A stretch of DNA of 64,000 nucleotides from Bacteroidota bacterium (GTDB lineage: Bacteria > Bacteroidota > Ignavibacteria > UBA10030 > UBA6906), in the NCBI GenBank assembly GCA_030835135.1, contig JAUQWO010000075.1:149330-213329 (forward strand). The letters are read 5' to 3'. Position 1 is the first letter of the stretch, and every line of letters starts with the position of its first letter. Positions 10,749 through 21,128 of the stretch are shown here, one piece after another. The position numbers were made by a program, and so were the translations under genes. The notes beneath the pieces were generated by a model. The model was not told the origin of the DNA, made no database searches, and was given only the letters and a program-made list of their open reading frames with translations.

Positions 10749-11918
10749 CTACGCGGACCGCAGTGCTGCCAGGATATTGAGCCTCGAGGCTCTCACCGCC
10801 GGCAGGAACCCGCCCACGACCCCCATCACCACCGCAAAGATGAGCGTCGACACGATGATGTCCGGTGCGAGGGCGAACCCGAACGCCAGTTCAGAGAACG
10901 TGCCGAAGTTCGTGGTCGAGATCTTCACAAGCGACATGAACGAGGCCAGCGCCACGCCGAACGTCCCCCCGATCAGTGACAGCAGGATCGACTCGATGAG
11001 GAACGCGCCGAGGACGCTTCGCCGGCGGAAACCGAGCGCCCGGAGTGTCCCGATCTCCCGTGTGCGGTTCGCGACCGCGGCGTACATCGTGATCATGGCG
11101 CCGATCATCGCACCGATGCTGAAGATGATCGTCACGACCAACCCGAGTCCCTTGATGAAACCCGAGAGTGCCTGCGACTGCTCGCGGTAGAACACCTGTT
11201 CGCGTTTTACCTCGGTGTACGACGTGCGCGGGTCCTGCTCGATCCGGAGTTTCAGCGCATCGAATTCCTCCGCGGACCGGAGGCGGATCAGGACGATGGA
11301 ATAGACCGGGCGGTTGAACGCGGCCATGATCTGGTTCGCATCGCCCCACACCTCGGAATCGAACGCGCTCCCCTGTCCATCCACCACCCCGACGATCGTC
11401 CAGAACGTCCCGCCGAATGCGATGCGGTCGCCGATGGACGCATTCTGGAACTGCTCATTGATGCTCGTGCCGATGACGATCTCCTGGGTCCCGAATGTGA
11501 ACCAGCGCCCCTCCTTCAGCGATACCTGCGGACGGAGTTCCATTGCTTCGGGGGAGACGCCGCGGACGGAGATATTGCCCATGTCGTTGGAGCCCTTCTT
11601 GCGCATGTTGATGACCACGAAGGTCTCGGTGGACGCGAACGGCTTGCCATCCGGCAGGAGGGCGACCTCCGGGAAGGTCTTCATGATGTTGGCATGGTCG
11701 CGGTCGATCTGGCTCACCAGTTCCGACGTCGCTGACTTTCGCAGGATGATGGCGTTGTCCGGAGAACCGGTCTCGATCATCGTGTTCTCCACGCCGCGGG
11801 AGAGCATGAGGACGGCCGCGAAGACGAATGCCACGAGTGTCAGGCCGGTCAGCGTCAGTGCTGTCGTCAGCCGGCGTGCCCAGAGGCTCCGCCATGTATA
11901 GGAAAAGGGTATCTTCAT
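10749..11918 (-). CDS. ABC transporter permease, FtsX/MacB family
   Basis: 389 aa; N-terminal TM, MacB-like periplasmic domain, three C-terminal TM helices. Confidence 0.8.
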   Translation of the reverse strand: MKIPFSYTWRSLWARRLTTALTLTGLTLVAFVFAAVLMLSRGVENTMIETGSPDNAIILRKSATSELVSQIDRDHANIMKTFPEVALLPDGKPFASTETFVVINMRKKGSNDMGNISVRGVSPEAMELRPQVSLKEGRWFTFGTQEIVIGTSINEQFQNASIGDRIAFGGTFWTIVGVVDGQGSAFDSEVWGDANQIMAAFNRPVYSIVLIRLRSAEEFDALKLRIEQDPRTSYTEVKREQVFYREQSQALSGFIKGLGLVVTIIFSIGAMIGAMITMYAAVANRTREIGTLRALGFRRRSVLGAFLIESILLSLIGGTFGVALASFMSLVKISTTNFGTFSELAFGFALAPDIIVSTLIFAVVMGVVGGFLPAVRASRLNILAALRSA

Positions 11919-11921
11919 GGC

Positions 11922-13088
11922 TTATCCGATGGCACGCAACCCCTCGGCGATGCTGGTCCGGAGGGCGCGAATGGTGGGGAAGAGTGCGGCGACGACGCCC
12001 GCGACGGCGGCGACCGTGGCTGCAAGGATGATCGTGACGGTCTCCACGTTGAACACCGGGAAGAACGTGGGGAACATCTGGGCGAAGGCTCCGGCAAGCG
12101 GGAACGTGAGCACCAGGCCGAGCGCACCACCGAGAGCGGCGATCAGCAGGGATTCCCCGCCGATCAATCCGATGATGTGCCCCGGGGAAAACCCGATGGT
12201 CTTGAGGACCGCATATTCCGTCGTCCGCTCGCGCGAGGCCATCACGATCGTGTTGGCCAGCACGAGGAGGATGATGCCGATGATGATGAAGGAGACGATC
12301 TCGAGCGAACGGATGATGGCGCTGGACATCGACACGAATCCCTGCTGGAATTCCCGTTCGGATTCCGTCTTCGTGCCGGCCCGGCTGTTCACGTATTGCT
12401 CATCCACGGTCTGGGCGATGGCAGGCATCTTCGATGCGTCGGTGGCCAGGAAGACGTACCACCCGATCTGTCCATCGCGGCCCGGCTGGAGCTCGCGGAT
12501 GCGCTCATCGAGGTACTTCCAGTGGAAGAACATCTGGGTCTCATCCGTGCTCTTGTCGCGCCCGGTGTAGATCGCCCGGACCACGAAATCCCACCGCCCG
12601 GGATAGATGTCCCCCTCCACGGTGATCACGTCGCCGATCTTGAATCCGTGCTGGTCGGCGATCTTCTTCCCGACGATGCAGGCGTTCCGTTCCTGCGCGA
12701 AGACCTTCATCTGGTCAGGCGGGACGATCAGTTCCGGATAGACCAGGAAATAGGTCTCGGGGTCGATGGCCATGCGGGGGAAGAAATTCTTGAAATCCGC
12801 CGGGTCTTTGTACGCGCCGCCGAACCAGTTCGCCCAGGTGATCTGGGAAATGCCGGGGATCCTGGCGATCTGATCGCGGTAGGAATACGGCAGCGGAAAG
12901 ATGAACGACACCGCATTGCGGGTGATCATGCGGTTGGCGGCGGATGCCTCCACACCATACGACCAGGCGGTGACGACGGTGCGGAGGAAGCCGAACGACA
13001 TGACGGCCACCGCGATCCCGGTGATGGTCAGGAGCGTCCGCAGCTTGTGCCGCAAGGCGTTCTTGATGACGAGTTTGAGGACGAACAT
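11922..13088 (-). CDS. ABC transporter permease, FtsX/MacB family (second)
   Basis: 388 aa; same architecture, distinct sequence (LolC/LolE-like split permease pair). Confidence 0.8.
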   Translation of the reverse strand: MFVLKLVIKNALRHKLRTLLTITGIAVAVMSFGFLRTVVTAWSYGVEASAANRMITRNAVSFIFPLPYSYRDQIARIPGISQITWANWFGGAYKDPADFKNFFPRMAIDPETYFLVYPELIVPPDQMKVFAQERNACIVGKKIADQHGFKIGDVITVEGDIYPGRWDFVVRAIYTGRDKSTDETQMFFHWKYLDERIRELQPGRDGQIGWYVFLATDASKMPAIAQTVDEQYVNSRAGTKTESEREFQQGFVSMSSAIIRSLEIVSFIIIGIILLVLANTIVMASRERTTEYAVLKTIGFSPGHIIGLIGGESLLIAALGGALGLVLTFPLAGAFAQMFPTFFPVFNVETVTIILAATVAAVAGVVAALFPTIRALRTSIAEGLRAIG

Positions 13089-13099
13089 GGGTGCGCTCC

Positions 13100-13762
13100 T
13101 TAGGTCAACTCGCCTTTATCGAGATGCATGACCTTGTGCGCCTTCTCGGCGGCGCGCGGGTCGTGCGTGACCATCACGATGGTCTTCTTGAATTCCTTGT
13201 TCAACCGGTCGAGCAGCGTCATCACCTCTCCCGCCGACACGCGGTCGAGGTCGCCCGTCGGTTCGTCGGCCACGAGCACGGTCGGGTCGGTCACGAGCGC
13301 ACGCGCGATGGCCACGCGCTGCTCCTGTCCGCCGGACAGCTGCTTCGGGTAATGCCCCATGCGGTCCGCCAGCCCCACGAGCGTCAACGCCGCTTCCACG
13401 TGCTCGCGCCGCTTCTTCTTCGGCAGATTCGTGAGCAGGAGGGGGAGTTCCACATTCTCGAACGCCGTAAGGACGGGGAGGAGATTGTAGAACTGGAAGA
13501 TGAACCCGACGTTGTTCGCGCGCCACTGCGCAAGGGCCGATTCGCTCAGGGCGGCGACGTTCGTGCCGTTGACCTCGATCGACCCGTCGTCCGGCCTGTC
13601 GATGCCGGCGATCAGGTTCAACAGGGTCGTCTTGCCCGAGCCGGAGGGGCCCATGAGGGCAAGGAACTCGCCGTCGGGGACGGAGATCGTGATATTGTTG
13701 AGCACCGGAACGCGCAGGGAATCGCGCCGGTAGGATTTGGAGACGTTACGGACTTCGATCAT
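13100..13762 (-). CDS. ABC transporter ATP-binding protein (MacB/LolD-type)
   Basis: 220 aa; Walker A GPSGSGKTT; LSGGQEQR; LVADEPTGDLD. Confidence 0.9.
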   Translation of the reverse strand: MIEVRNVSKSYRRDSLRVPVLNNITISVPDGEFLALMGPSGSGKTTLLNLIAGIDRPDDGSIEVNGTNVAALSESALAQWRANNVGFIFQFYNLLPVLTAFENVELPLLLTNLPKKKRREHVEAALTLVGLADRMGHYPKQLSGGQEQRVAIARALVTDPTVLVADEPTGDLDRVSAGEVMTLLDRLNKEFKKTIVMVTHDPRAAEKAHKVMHLDKGELT

Positions 13763-13794
13763 GCGGACTCCAGATACCCGTATGGTGAGGTGAC

Positions 13795-14985
13795 TTACTT
13801 CTTGGGGGTAACGCGAACGCCTGCAACGAGCGAGGGGTCGGGCCGGGCAACGATCCTGTCGCCGGCGGACAATCCTTCGCGTACCGTGATGCGATCGGCC
13901 AGCGGCGCACCGAGGACGACCGGTGTCTCGACGATGGCATCGTCGGCGACCGTCAGGACGACCTGCTTCCCGTTGCGCTCCACGACCGAAGAAAGCGGGA
14001 TGGTGAGCACCGGAATGTTGGCGCTCTCCTTGACCCGGGGTTCTTCGGAGAGGAAGAGCACCTTTGCGCTCATCTCCGGCAACACGCGTTCGTCGCGCGA
14101 CCGGAAGGCGATCTTCGTCAGCACCGTGGCCTTGGCGCGGTCGGCGGTGGGGACGATCTTATGGACGACGCCGGGATACCGCTGGTCCGGGTAGGCATCC
14201 AGCACGATCTCACACGGCTGTCCGGGGTGGACCCGGATGATATTGGATTCGGAGACATCGGCCTCCACCTGGAGCGAGCTCATGTCGGCCATGGTGACCA
14301 CGGCGCCGCGTGAGCTTGCCGCCGATGCGAAGGGGGCAACGACCTCCCCGACGTCAGCATTCTTGGTCAAGACCGTGCCATCGAACGGCGCACGGATACG
14401 GGTGTTCTCCAGCGCGACCTCGGCGGCCTTCATTGCGGCGGCCGCGGACTTGATCGTCGCTTCGACGCGCGCGTAGCGGGCCTTGGCGCCATCCAGTTCT
14501 GCATCCGATGCGAGGCCGGACCCATGGAGGCGTGTCACCCGCTCGAGGGTGAGCCGGGCATCTTCCCGCTCCGCTTCGGCCACGCCCACGTTCGCCTCAG
14601 CCTGATGCAGGGCCGCCATCATGTCCTGGTCTTCGAGGCGCGCGATGATCGTCCCCTTCTTCACTTTGTCGCCCTCTTCCACGCCGAGGAACTCGAGCCG
14701 CCCGGTGCCTTTCGAGGCGACCGCGGCCTTGACCTGCGCGACGACATAGCCGCTCGCGTTCAGCACTGCGTTGGCCTGTGCGGGGGACGAGAGGGTGGCA
14801 CTCGTGAATTCCACTTCCTTGACGCTCGCGAAGAGCGGCTTGATCAGAAGCCAGCCGGCGAGGCCGAGGACCACGACGGCGGATGGAATGATGATCTTCC
14901 ACGGAAGCCGGGAAGTGTCTTTATAGTCGTCCTGGTCGCGACGGATGCGCAGGCCGGAGAGGTCAGCGTTCTGGGTAGTGTTCAT
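13795..14985 (-). CDS. Efflux periplasmic adaptor (HlyD/MacA family)
   Basis: 396 aa; N-terminal TM anchor, coiled-coil region, beta-barrel/MP domains; heads the ATPase-permease-permease array. Confidence 0.8.
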   Translation of the reverse strand: MNTTQNADLSGLRIRRDQDDYKDTSRLPWKIIIPSAVVVLGLAGWLLIKPLFASVKEVEFTSATLSSPAQANAVLNASGYVVAQVKAAVASKGTGRLEFLGVEEGDKVKKGTIIARLEDQDMMAALHQAEANVGVAEAEREDARLTLERVTRLHGSGLASDAELDGAKARYARVEATIKSAAAAMKAAEVALENTRIRAPFDGTVLTKNADVGEVVAPFASAASSRGAVVTMADMSSLQVEADVSESNIIRVHPGQPCEIVLDAYPDQRYPGVVHKIVPTADRAKATVLTKIAFRSRDERVLPEMSAKVLFLSEEPRVKESANIPVLTIPLSSVVERNGKQVVLTVADDAIVETPVVLGAPLADRITVREGLSAGDRIVARPDPSLVAGVRVTPKK

Positions 14986-15012
14986 GGTTGGTCGATTGTA
15001 TAACGACCGTTC

Positions 15013-15360
15013 TCACGGTAAAGTTTCGGGTTCGAGTGATTTCTTGTACGCCCATTCGATATATGGAAGTTCCACGATCGTCCGCTTTTCGACGGGTTTT
15101 GGCCTGATGGATCCCGAGGAGAAGCCCAGCCCCACCGATTTCTCTCTGGGAGGCGGTGGGGGAATCACCCGGTCGGGCGAGTTGAACATCGGCTCCCGCT
15201 CTGCCCGCTCCACGAGCAGTGTTGTCCCCTGGGGGTGCCTGGTGGACGGCGGGTAGCTGTACACGGAATACAAGCCCGACCAGAGGGCGAACGACACCCA
15301 GAGACCGACCCCGATCGCGACGATCAGGATCAGACCGAACAGCCGCTTGATCCACCGCAT
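15013..15360 (-). CDS. Hypothetical small membrane protein (single N-terminal TM, Pro-rich)
   Basis: 115 aa; N-terminal TM segment followed by a PPPPP-containing hydrophilic tail; sits between the OPT transporter and the efflux adaptor on the same strand. Confidence 0.4.
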   Translation of the reverse strand: MRWIKRLFGLILIVAIGVGLWVSFALWSGLYSVYSYPPSTRHPQGTTLLVERAEREPMFNSPDRVIPPPPPREKSVGLGFSSGSIRPKPVEKRTIVELPYIEWAYKKSLEPETLP

Positions 15361-15443
15361 GGAAGACCTCCTGTCAGTTCATGGAAATCAGGACCGCACC
15401 TCCGACCGGCGGCAGACCTCTCCGTCTGGCATCACGCTGCCCC

Positions 15444-17423
15444 TCAATTCTCCACCCTGGCCCGCATCGTGTCCCACACCGTATACGCGAAGAGCAGGAT
15501 GAATGCGCCCAATCCGATGACCTCGCCCGTCGATGTTTCCGCCCACGTGCCGACCATCAGGTCCAGGTCGCCGAATCTGAGGAACGCACTCAGGACCCCG
15601 AAGAGTGATCCGCCGGCGATGAAGCCCGAAGCGATGAGCGTACCGCGCGAGATCCGGGCGGCGTTGAGTTTCTCATCCTTGCTCCGCGTGGAGACCCACC
15701 ATGCCACGAGTCCACCGGCGACGAGAGGAATGTTCAATTCCTGGGGGATGTACATGCCGAGGGCGAATGCCAGCGGCGGCACCTTCAGCACGACGAGGAG
15801 CAGGGCGATCGCCGCGCCGATGATGTACAGGATCCACGGCGCCGGGGCATCGGACATCAGCGGCTGGATCACGGCGGCCATCGCGTTCGCCTGCGGTGCG
15901 GCGAGAGCATTCGCTCCCTTGAAGCCATAGGTCTCATTGAGCACGATCATCACGCCACCCACTGTGGCAGCGGACAGGATCACGCCGACGAACTTCCACG
16001 ACTCCTGATTCCTGGGCGTCGATCCGAGCCAGTAGCCGACCTTGAGGTCCGTGATGAACCCTCCCGCCACCGACAACGCCGTGCACACCACGCCGCCGAT
16101 GATCAGTGCGCTCACCATGCCGGCCGTGCCCGTGAGCCCGATCTGCACGAGGATGAAGGAGGACAGGATCAGGGTCATAAGCGTCATGCCGGACACCGGG
16201 TTGCTGCCGACGATGGCGGTCGCATTCGCCGCAACGGTGGTGAAGAGGAACGCGATGACGATGACGATCAGCACGCCGACCAGCGCATGCGCAAGGTTGA
16301 ACACGACACCACTGTAGAAGAAGATGAAGATCAGGATGGCCGTGAGCAGGATCAGCTGGATATTGAACAGCATCCGGATGTCGGTCTGTGTGCGCACCGG
16401 CTGCTCTCCCGTTGCTTCCCCGCGCCGGAAGATCTCGCGATAGGCAAGGGAGAATGCACCGGCGATGATCTTCGACGACCGTATGATGCCGATGATCCCT
16501 GCCATGGCGATACCGCCGATGCCGATCTGACGGACATAGCCGCGGAAGATCTCCTCGGCGGACATGGCCGCAATGAGCTTCGACCCCGCGGCCACCGTGA
16601 TCCCGAGGGAGTCGGCCATGAACGGGAACAACGGAACCATGACGAACCACGACAGGAGCGAGCCGGCGGCGATGATGGACGAATAGCGCAGTCCGATGAT
16701 GTACCCGAGGCCGAAGATCATGGCGGACACATTGAAGCGCGCCACGATCTTCACCTTGTCCGCAAGCACCTCTCCCAGGGAGATCATCCTGGAGGTGATG
16801 ACCTCGGACCAGAGTCCGAGCGCGCTGAACATGAAGTCGAAGAGTCCACCCACGAGTCCGCTCACCACAAGGACCAGTGCCTGGGCGCCGCCCTTCTCGC
16901 CGGCGACCAGGATCTCGGTCGTTGCCGTGGCCTCGGGGAACGGAAGCTTGCCATGCATGTCCTTCACGAAGTACTTCCGGAAGGGGACCAGGAACAGGAT
17001 GCCCAGGAACCCGCCGCATGCGGCGGCGAAGAAGACCTGGTAGAAGCTTGCGGAGAGCTCGAGGATGTAGAGGGCCGGGATCGTGAAGATCGCCCCGGCA
17101 ACGATCACGCCGGAGGCCGCGCCGATCGACTGGATGATGACGTTCTGTCCGAGGGCGTTCTTCTTCTTCAGCAGGGTGGACGTGCCCACCGCGAGGATCG
17201 CGATGGGGATCGCCGCCTCAAAGACCTGTCCGATCTTCAATCCGGAGTACGCTGCCGCCGCGGAGAACAGAATGGCCATCAGCATGCCGGTGATGACGGA
17301 ATACGGCGTCACCTCCTGCGGCCGTGCCGCGGGATCCATGATCGGATGATACTCTTCGCCGGTCTTGAGTTCCTTGTAGGCGTTCTCGGGAAGCCCCTTG
17401 CCGGAGGATTGTTGATGGTCCAT
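15444..17423 (-). CDS. OPT family oligopeptide transporter
   Basis: 659 aa polytopic membrane protein; N-terminus resembles OPT-superfamily transporters. Confidence 0.8.
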   Translation of the reverse strand: MDHQQSSGKGLPENAYKELKTGEEYHPIMDPAARPQEVTPYSVITGMLMAILFSAAAAYSGLKIGQVFEAAIPIAILAVGTSTLLKKKNALGQNVIIQSIGAASGVIVAGAIFTIPALYILELSASFYQVFFAAACGGFLGILFLVPFRKYFVKDMHGKLPFPEATATTEILVAGEKGGAQALVLVVSGLVGGLFDFMFSALGLWSEVITSRMISLGEVLADKVKIVARFNVSAMIFGLGYIIGLRYSSIIAAGSLLSWFVMVPLFPFMADSLGITVAAGSKLIAAMSAEEIFRGYVRQIGIGGIAMAGIIGIIRSSKIIAGAFSLAYREIFRRGEATGEQPVRTQTDIRMLFNIQLILLTAILIFIFFYSGVVFNLAHALVGVLIVIVIAFLFTTVAANATAIVGSNPVSGMTLMTLILSSFILVQIGLTGTAGMVSALIIGGVVCTALSVAGGFITDLKVGYWLGSTPRNQESWKFVGVILSAATVGGVMIVLNETYGFKGANALAAPQANAMAAVIQPLMSDAPAPWILYIIGAAIALLLVVLKVPPLAFALGMYIPQELNIPLVAGGLVAWWVSTRSKDEKLNAARISRGTLIASGFIAGGSLFGVLSAFLRFGDLDLMVGTWAETSTGEVIGLGAFILLFAYTVWDTMRARVEN

Positions 17424-17441
17424 ACTGCTGTCTCCTGATGA

Positions 17442-18695
17442 TCAGGCGTGAGATTTCTCGACCCAGACCTGGGCGAGGTGGACGACCGTTCTGACCGACT
17501 GTTCCATGCCATCCACGGAGAGCCATTCGGTGAGGCCGTGATAGTTCTGTCCCCCCGTGAAGATGTTCGGTGTCGGCAGACCCTTCTCGGTGAGCCGCGA
17601 GCCATCCGTGCCGCCACGGATCGGGACCCACTGTGGCTCCAGCCCCGCCCGCTTCGTGGCTTCCCACAAACACTCCGTGACCCGCGGGTCCTTCTGGAGC
17701 CCATCGTACATGTTCCTGTACGATTCGCGGATCTCCAGTTCGATCCGTGCCCTGGGATGCAGTGGCTGCACCTCGGCGATGATCCGCCGGAGGATCTGCT
17801 CCTGCACCTTCAGGCCCGACGCGTCGAAGTCGCGCAGCAGCATGCGCAACGTGGCGAGCGCTTCCTCGCCCGAGCAGATGTGCGGATGGATGTAGGGTTC
17901 ATATCCTTCCGTGGTCTCCGGTGCCATGTCCTTCGGGAGGCGGACAATGATATCGGCGATGACCCGGAGCGCGTTCACCATGATGCCCTTCGCGGACCCG
18001 GGATGGATGTTCCGGCCGTGCACCGTGATGATCGCGGAATCGGCGCTGAAGGTCTCTTTGTTGAGTTCGCCCGGCGTGTCGCCGTCCACCGTGTACGCCA
18101 CCGCGGCCCCGAAGGCCTGGATGTTGAAGAACTTCGTGCCGGCACCCACCTCTTCGTCCGGCGTGAACCCGATGCGGATGTCGCCATGGAGCTCCTTCGG
18201 GTCAGCCAGCAATTCCTGCACCGCGGTCATGATGATCGCGATGCCCGCCTTGTCGTCCGCCCCGAGCAGGGTGGTGCCATCGGTGGTGACGACCTTCCTT
18301 CCGACGTTCATTGCCAGGGCGGGGTTCTCGGAGGCGCGGATCACGACCGCGGTATCTCCGGGGAGCGTGATATCGCCGCCGGCATACGTGATGACCTGGG
18401 GCTTCACATTCTCTCCGCTCGCGGATGGAGACGTGTCCACGTGGGCGATGAGGCCCACGACAGGTACCTTGCCGGCCGCCGCATGTCCCCCGGGAAGATT
18501 CGAAGGGAGGGTCGCGGTGACATAGCCATAGTGGTCGATGGCGGCGTCCTTCAATCCCAGCGCGGTGAGCTCGTTGACGAGCAGGTTCAGCAGCACGAGC
18601 TGCTTCGGCGTGCTCGGATAGGTCTCGGAATCCTCCTTCGACTGCGTGTCGATCTTCGCATACCGGAGGAAGCGGTCGAGTGCTGTCTCAGCCAT
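17442..18695 (-). CDS. pepT: Peptidase T (tripeptide aminopeptidase)
   Basis: 417 aa; M20B motifs HVDTSP and GADDKAG; tail IRGGTDGSRL ... FTGGQNYHG. Confidence 0.88.
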   Translation of the reverse strand: MAETALDRFLRYAKIDTQSKEDSETYPSTPKQLVLLNLLVNELTALGLKDAAIDHYGYVTATLPSNLPGGHAAAGKVPVVGLIAHVDTSPSASGENVKPQVITYAGGDITLPGDTAVVIRASENPALAMNVGRKVVTTDGTTLLGADDKAGIAIIMTAVQELLADPKELHGDIRIGFTPDEEVGAGTKFFNIQAFGAAVAYTVDGDTPGELNKETFSADSAIITVHGRNIHPGSAKGIMVNALRVIADIIVRLPKDMAPETTEGYEPYIHPHICSGEEALATLRMLLRDFDASGLKVQEQILRRIIAEVQPLHPRARIELEIRESYRNMYDGLQKDPRVTECLWEATKRAGLEPQWVPIRGGTDGSRLTEKGLPTPNIFTGGQNYHGLTEWLSVDGMEQSVRTVVHLAQVWVEKSHA

Positions 18696-18710
18696 GATGT
18701 GTCCTTGTTG

Positions 18711-21080
18711 TCATTCGACGATGATCTCATCCGCGAACAGCCATGTGGGTTGTGATGCGCGCTTGTGCCACGCCGGTGCCGGACCCACGCCCGTTGCCGT
18801 GATGCGGATGTACCGTGCACGCACGCCTTCCATGACCGCTGTGCAGGTCATGACATCCGGCCGGGGCTGCTTCGCCGGCGACCCGGTCTTCATGACCGCG
18901 GTGCTGGAGAATGTCGTGCCATCGGTGGAAGCGCTGACCTCCACCTGCGACGGCGGGAACACGAGGCGGACAGTCTCATGGAAGAACCCGGCGGTGACGC
19001 TCTTCACCGGGGCTTCCTTGCCGAGGTCAATGGTGATCGTGGCATCGGTGCCCTGCCACCGGCACCATGCCGGATCGTCCGTCCAATACCCCGCCCGGTG
19101 CTGATCCACCAGCGCCGTCGCGCGTGCGCCCTCCTGTGCGGGGGCGGGAGATGCAGTGACGACGACGTTCTTGAACGGACTCACACACACGGTGTGGACG
19201 GTGGTCGTGCCGAGCGGCCGCGCATCCTTGAATGCGGCAGCCCGCAGTGTGGTGGTCGCAGTGATGGAGAGCGGTTTCGTGTACAGAAGCGACTTCGGTC
19301 CCGGGTCCGTCCCGTCGGTCGTGTACCGGATCTCTCCCTGACCCACCTGCGTGGCAAGCGTTACGATGTGCCGCCAGGATGGGACATCGAACGAGTCCGC
19401 AACGGTCACGGTGTGGATCGTCCGGGAGACGTTGATCCCCTGACTCTCATAGCGTGCGAATTGCTTCTCCAACCGCTGCAGGAAGGAAGGCCATGAACGC
19501 TTCTCCTTCGCCGTCCACCCGAGTTCCGCGATGGCCGCGATGCGGGGGAAGGTCATGTATTCCGCCTGTGCCGGATCCGCGACGTATTCGGCCCACAGAT
19601 TCCCCTGGACGCCAAGGATATGTTTCGCTTCCGCTGCTGTCAGGGTGTCGGGCGTCGGCTCGAACGCATAGACCTTCTCGAGGGGCAGGAACCCGCCGAT
19701 GCCAAGCGGTTCGTGCTCAGGCACGCCCTGGTAGTAATCCAGATAGCAGTTGGACGTGGGCGTCATCACGACGTCGTGGCCGGTGCGTGCCGCATGGATG
19801 CCTCCGTCGATGCCGCGCCACGACATCACCGTCGCACGGGGCGGGAGGCCGCCTTCGATGATCTCATCCCATCCGATCACGCGCTTGCCCATCCGCGTGA
19901 GCACCGCTTCGATGCGCTTGATGAAGTAGCTCTGCAATTCCGCTTCGTCCTTCAGTCCCTCGGCGGTGATGCGGGCCTGGCACTTCGGGCACCGGGCCCA
20001 CTCGGTCTTGTTGGCCTCGTCGCCGCCGATATGAATGATGGCGGAGGGGAAGAGGGGAACGACCTCGTTGAACACGTCCTCGAGGAACGTGAATACCGTG
20101 TCATTGCCCGCGCAGAGGATGTCCTTGATCGGCCACAGGCCTCCCGGGACCACGGTGAACGGGCCACCGGTGCACGAGAGGTTCGGGAATGCCGCCAGGA
20201 TCGCCGTGGCATGTCCTGGGAGTTCGATCTCTGGCACGACGGTGATATAGCGCTCTTCGGCATACCGGACGACCTCGCGGATATCGTCCTGCGTGTAGAA
20301 GCCGCCGTAACGGGCGTCCTCACCCGGCTGCTGCGGAGGACGGCTGTTCCAGTGGATGTCCTCATGATCAACACGCCATGCGGAGGTCGTGGTGAGCTGG
20401 GGATACTTCTTGATCTCGACGCGCCATCCCTGGTCGTCGGTGAGGTGCCAGTGGAAGGTGTTCATCTTGTGCATCGCGAGGTAATCGATGTACCGCTTGA
20501 GGAACTCCTTGCTCTGAAAATGGCGGGAGACGTCGAGCATCATGCCACGCCAGCGGTAGCGCGGGGTGTCCACCACGGTCACGCAGGGCATGGTCCACGC
20601 ACCGGTATGGGCGGGCGTGGAGGCGAACACATCGGGGGGGAGCAATTGCAGCAGCGTCTGTGCCGCATAGAAGAATCCGGGATCGTTGTTCGCCTCCAGG
20701 TAGATGCGGTCCGGTTTCACTTCCACCCGGTATCCTTCCTGGTCCAGCGATTCCTCGCGTATATAATTGAGGAAGATGTAGTCCTTCTTCGGCATATCGC
20801 CGGTCGCATCCACGATCTTCAGCGGGAGTCCGGTACCGGCCCGGAGCCTCTCCGCCAGATACATCACCGATTTCTGCATCTCGGCGTTGGCAGTGTGATA
20901 CACCAGCACCGTCGAGGGCCCGAGGGTGAATGTCCCTTTGCCCATGACGATCGATGTTGGCTGCGGGATGATCGCCGGCGGGGCGGCCTTCGCCGGTTTT
21001 TGCTTGCCGGCAGGCGGGGTCAAGGCAAAGACAAGCGCAGGGATGGTAAGAAGGCAGAGCGCTGCGAAAAGGCGCGTCAT
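18711..21080 (-). CDS. Beta-N-acetylhexosaminidase (GH20), secreted
   Basis: Start at MTRLFAALCLL (signal peptide, GGAGGA RBS). GH20 catalytic motif HIGGDE. C-terminal beta-sandwich/discoidin-like region. The ORF-track start at 21119 adds 13 aa. Confidence 0.85.
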   Translation of the reverse strand: MTRLFAALCLLTIPALVFALTPPAGKQKPAKAAPPAIIPQPTSIVMGKGTFTLGPSTVLVYHTANAEMQKSVMYLAERLRAGTGLPLKIVDATGDMPKKDYIFLNYIREESLDQEGYRVEVKPDRIYLEANNDPGFFYAAQTLLQLLPPDVFASTPAHTGAWTMPCVTVVDTPRYRWRGMMLDVSRHFQSKEFLKRYIDYLAMHKMNTFHWHLTDDQGWRVEIKKYPQLTTTSAWRVDHEDIHWNSRPPQQPGEDARYGGFYTQDDIREVVRYAEERYITVVPEIELPGHATAILAAFPNLSCTGGPFTVVPGGLWPIKDILCAGNDTVFTFLEDVFNEVVPLFPSAIIHIGGDEANKTEWARCPKCQARITAEGLKDEAELQSYFIKRIEAVLTRMGKRVIGWDEIIEGGLPPRATVMSWRGIDGGIHAARTGHDVVMTPTSNCYLDYYQGVPEHEPLGIGGFLPLEKVYAFEPTPDTLTAAEAKHILGVQGNLWAEYVADPAQAEYMTFPRIAAIAELGWTAKEKRSWPSFLQRLEKQFARYESQGINVSRTIHTVTVADSFDVPSWRHIVTLATQVGQGEIRYTTDGTDPGPKSLLYTKPLSITATTTLRAAAFKDARPLGTTTVHTVCVSPFKNVVVTASPAPAQEGARATALVDQHRAGYWTDDPAWCRWQGTDATITIDLGKEAPVKSVTAGFFHETVRLVFPPSQVEVSASTDGTTFSSTAVMKTGSPAKQPRPDVMTCTAVMEGVRARYIRITATGVGPAPAWHKRASQPTWLFADEIIVE

Positions 21081-21128
21081 GAAGGATCCTCCGGGAGAGT
21101 TGCGAAAGACGAACAGCACGACCGCGGC

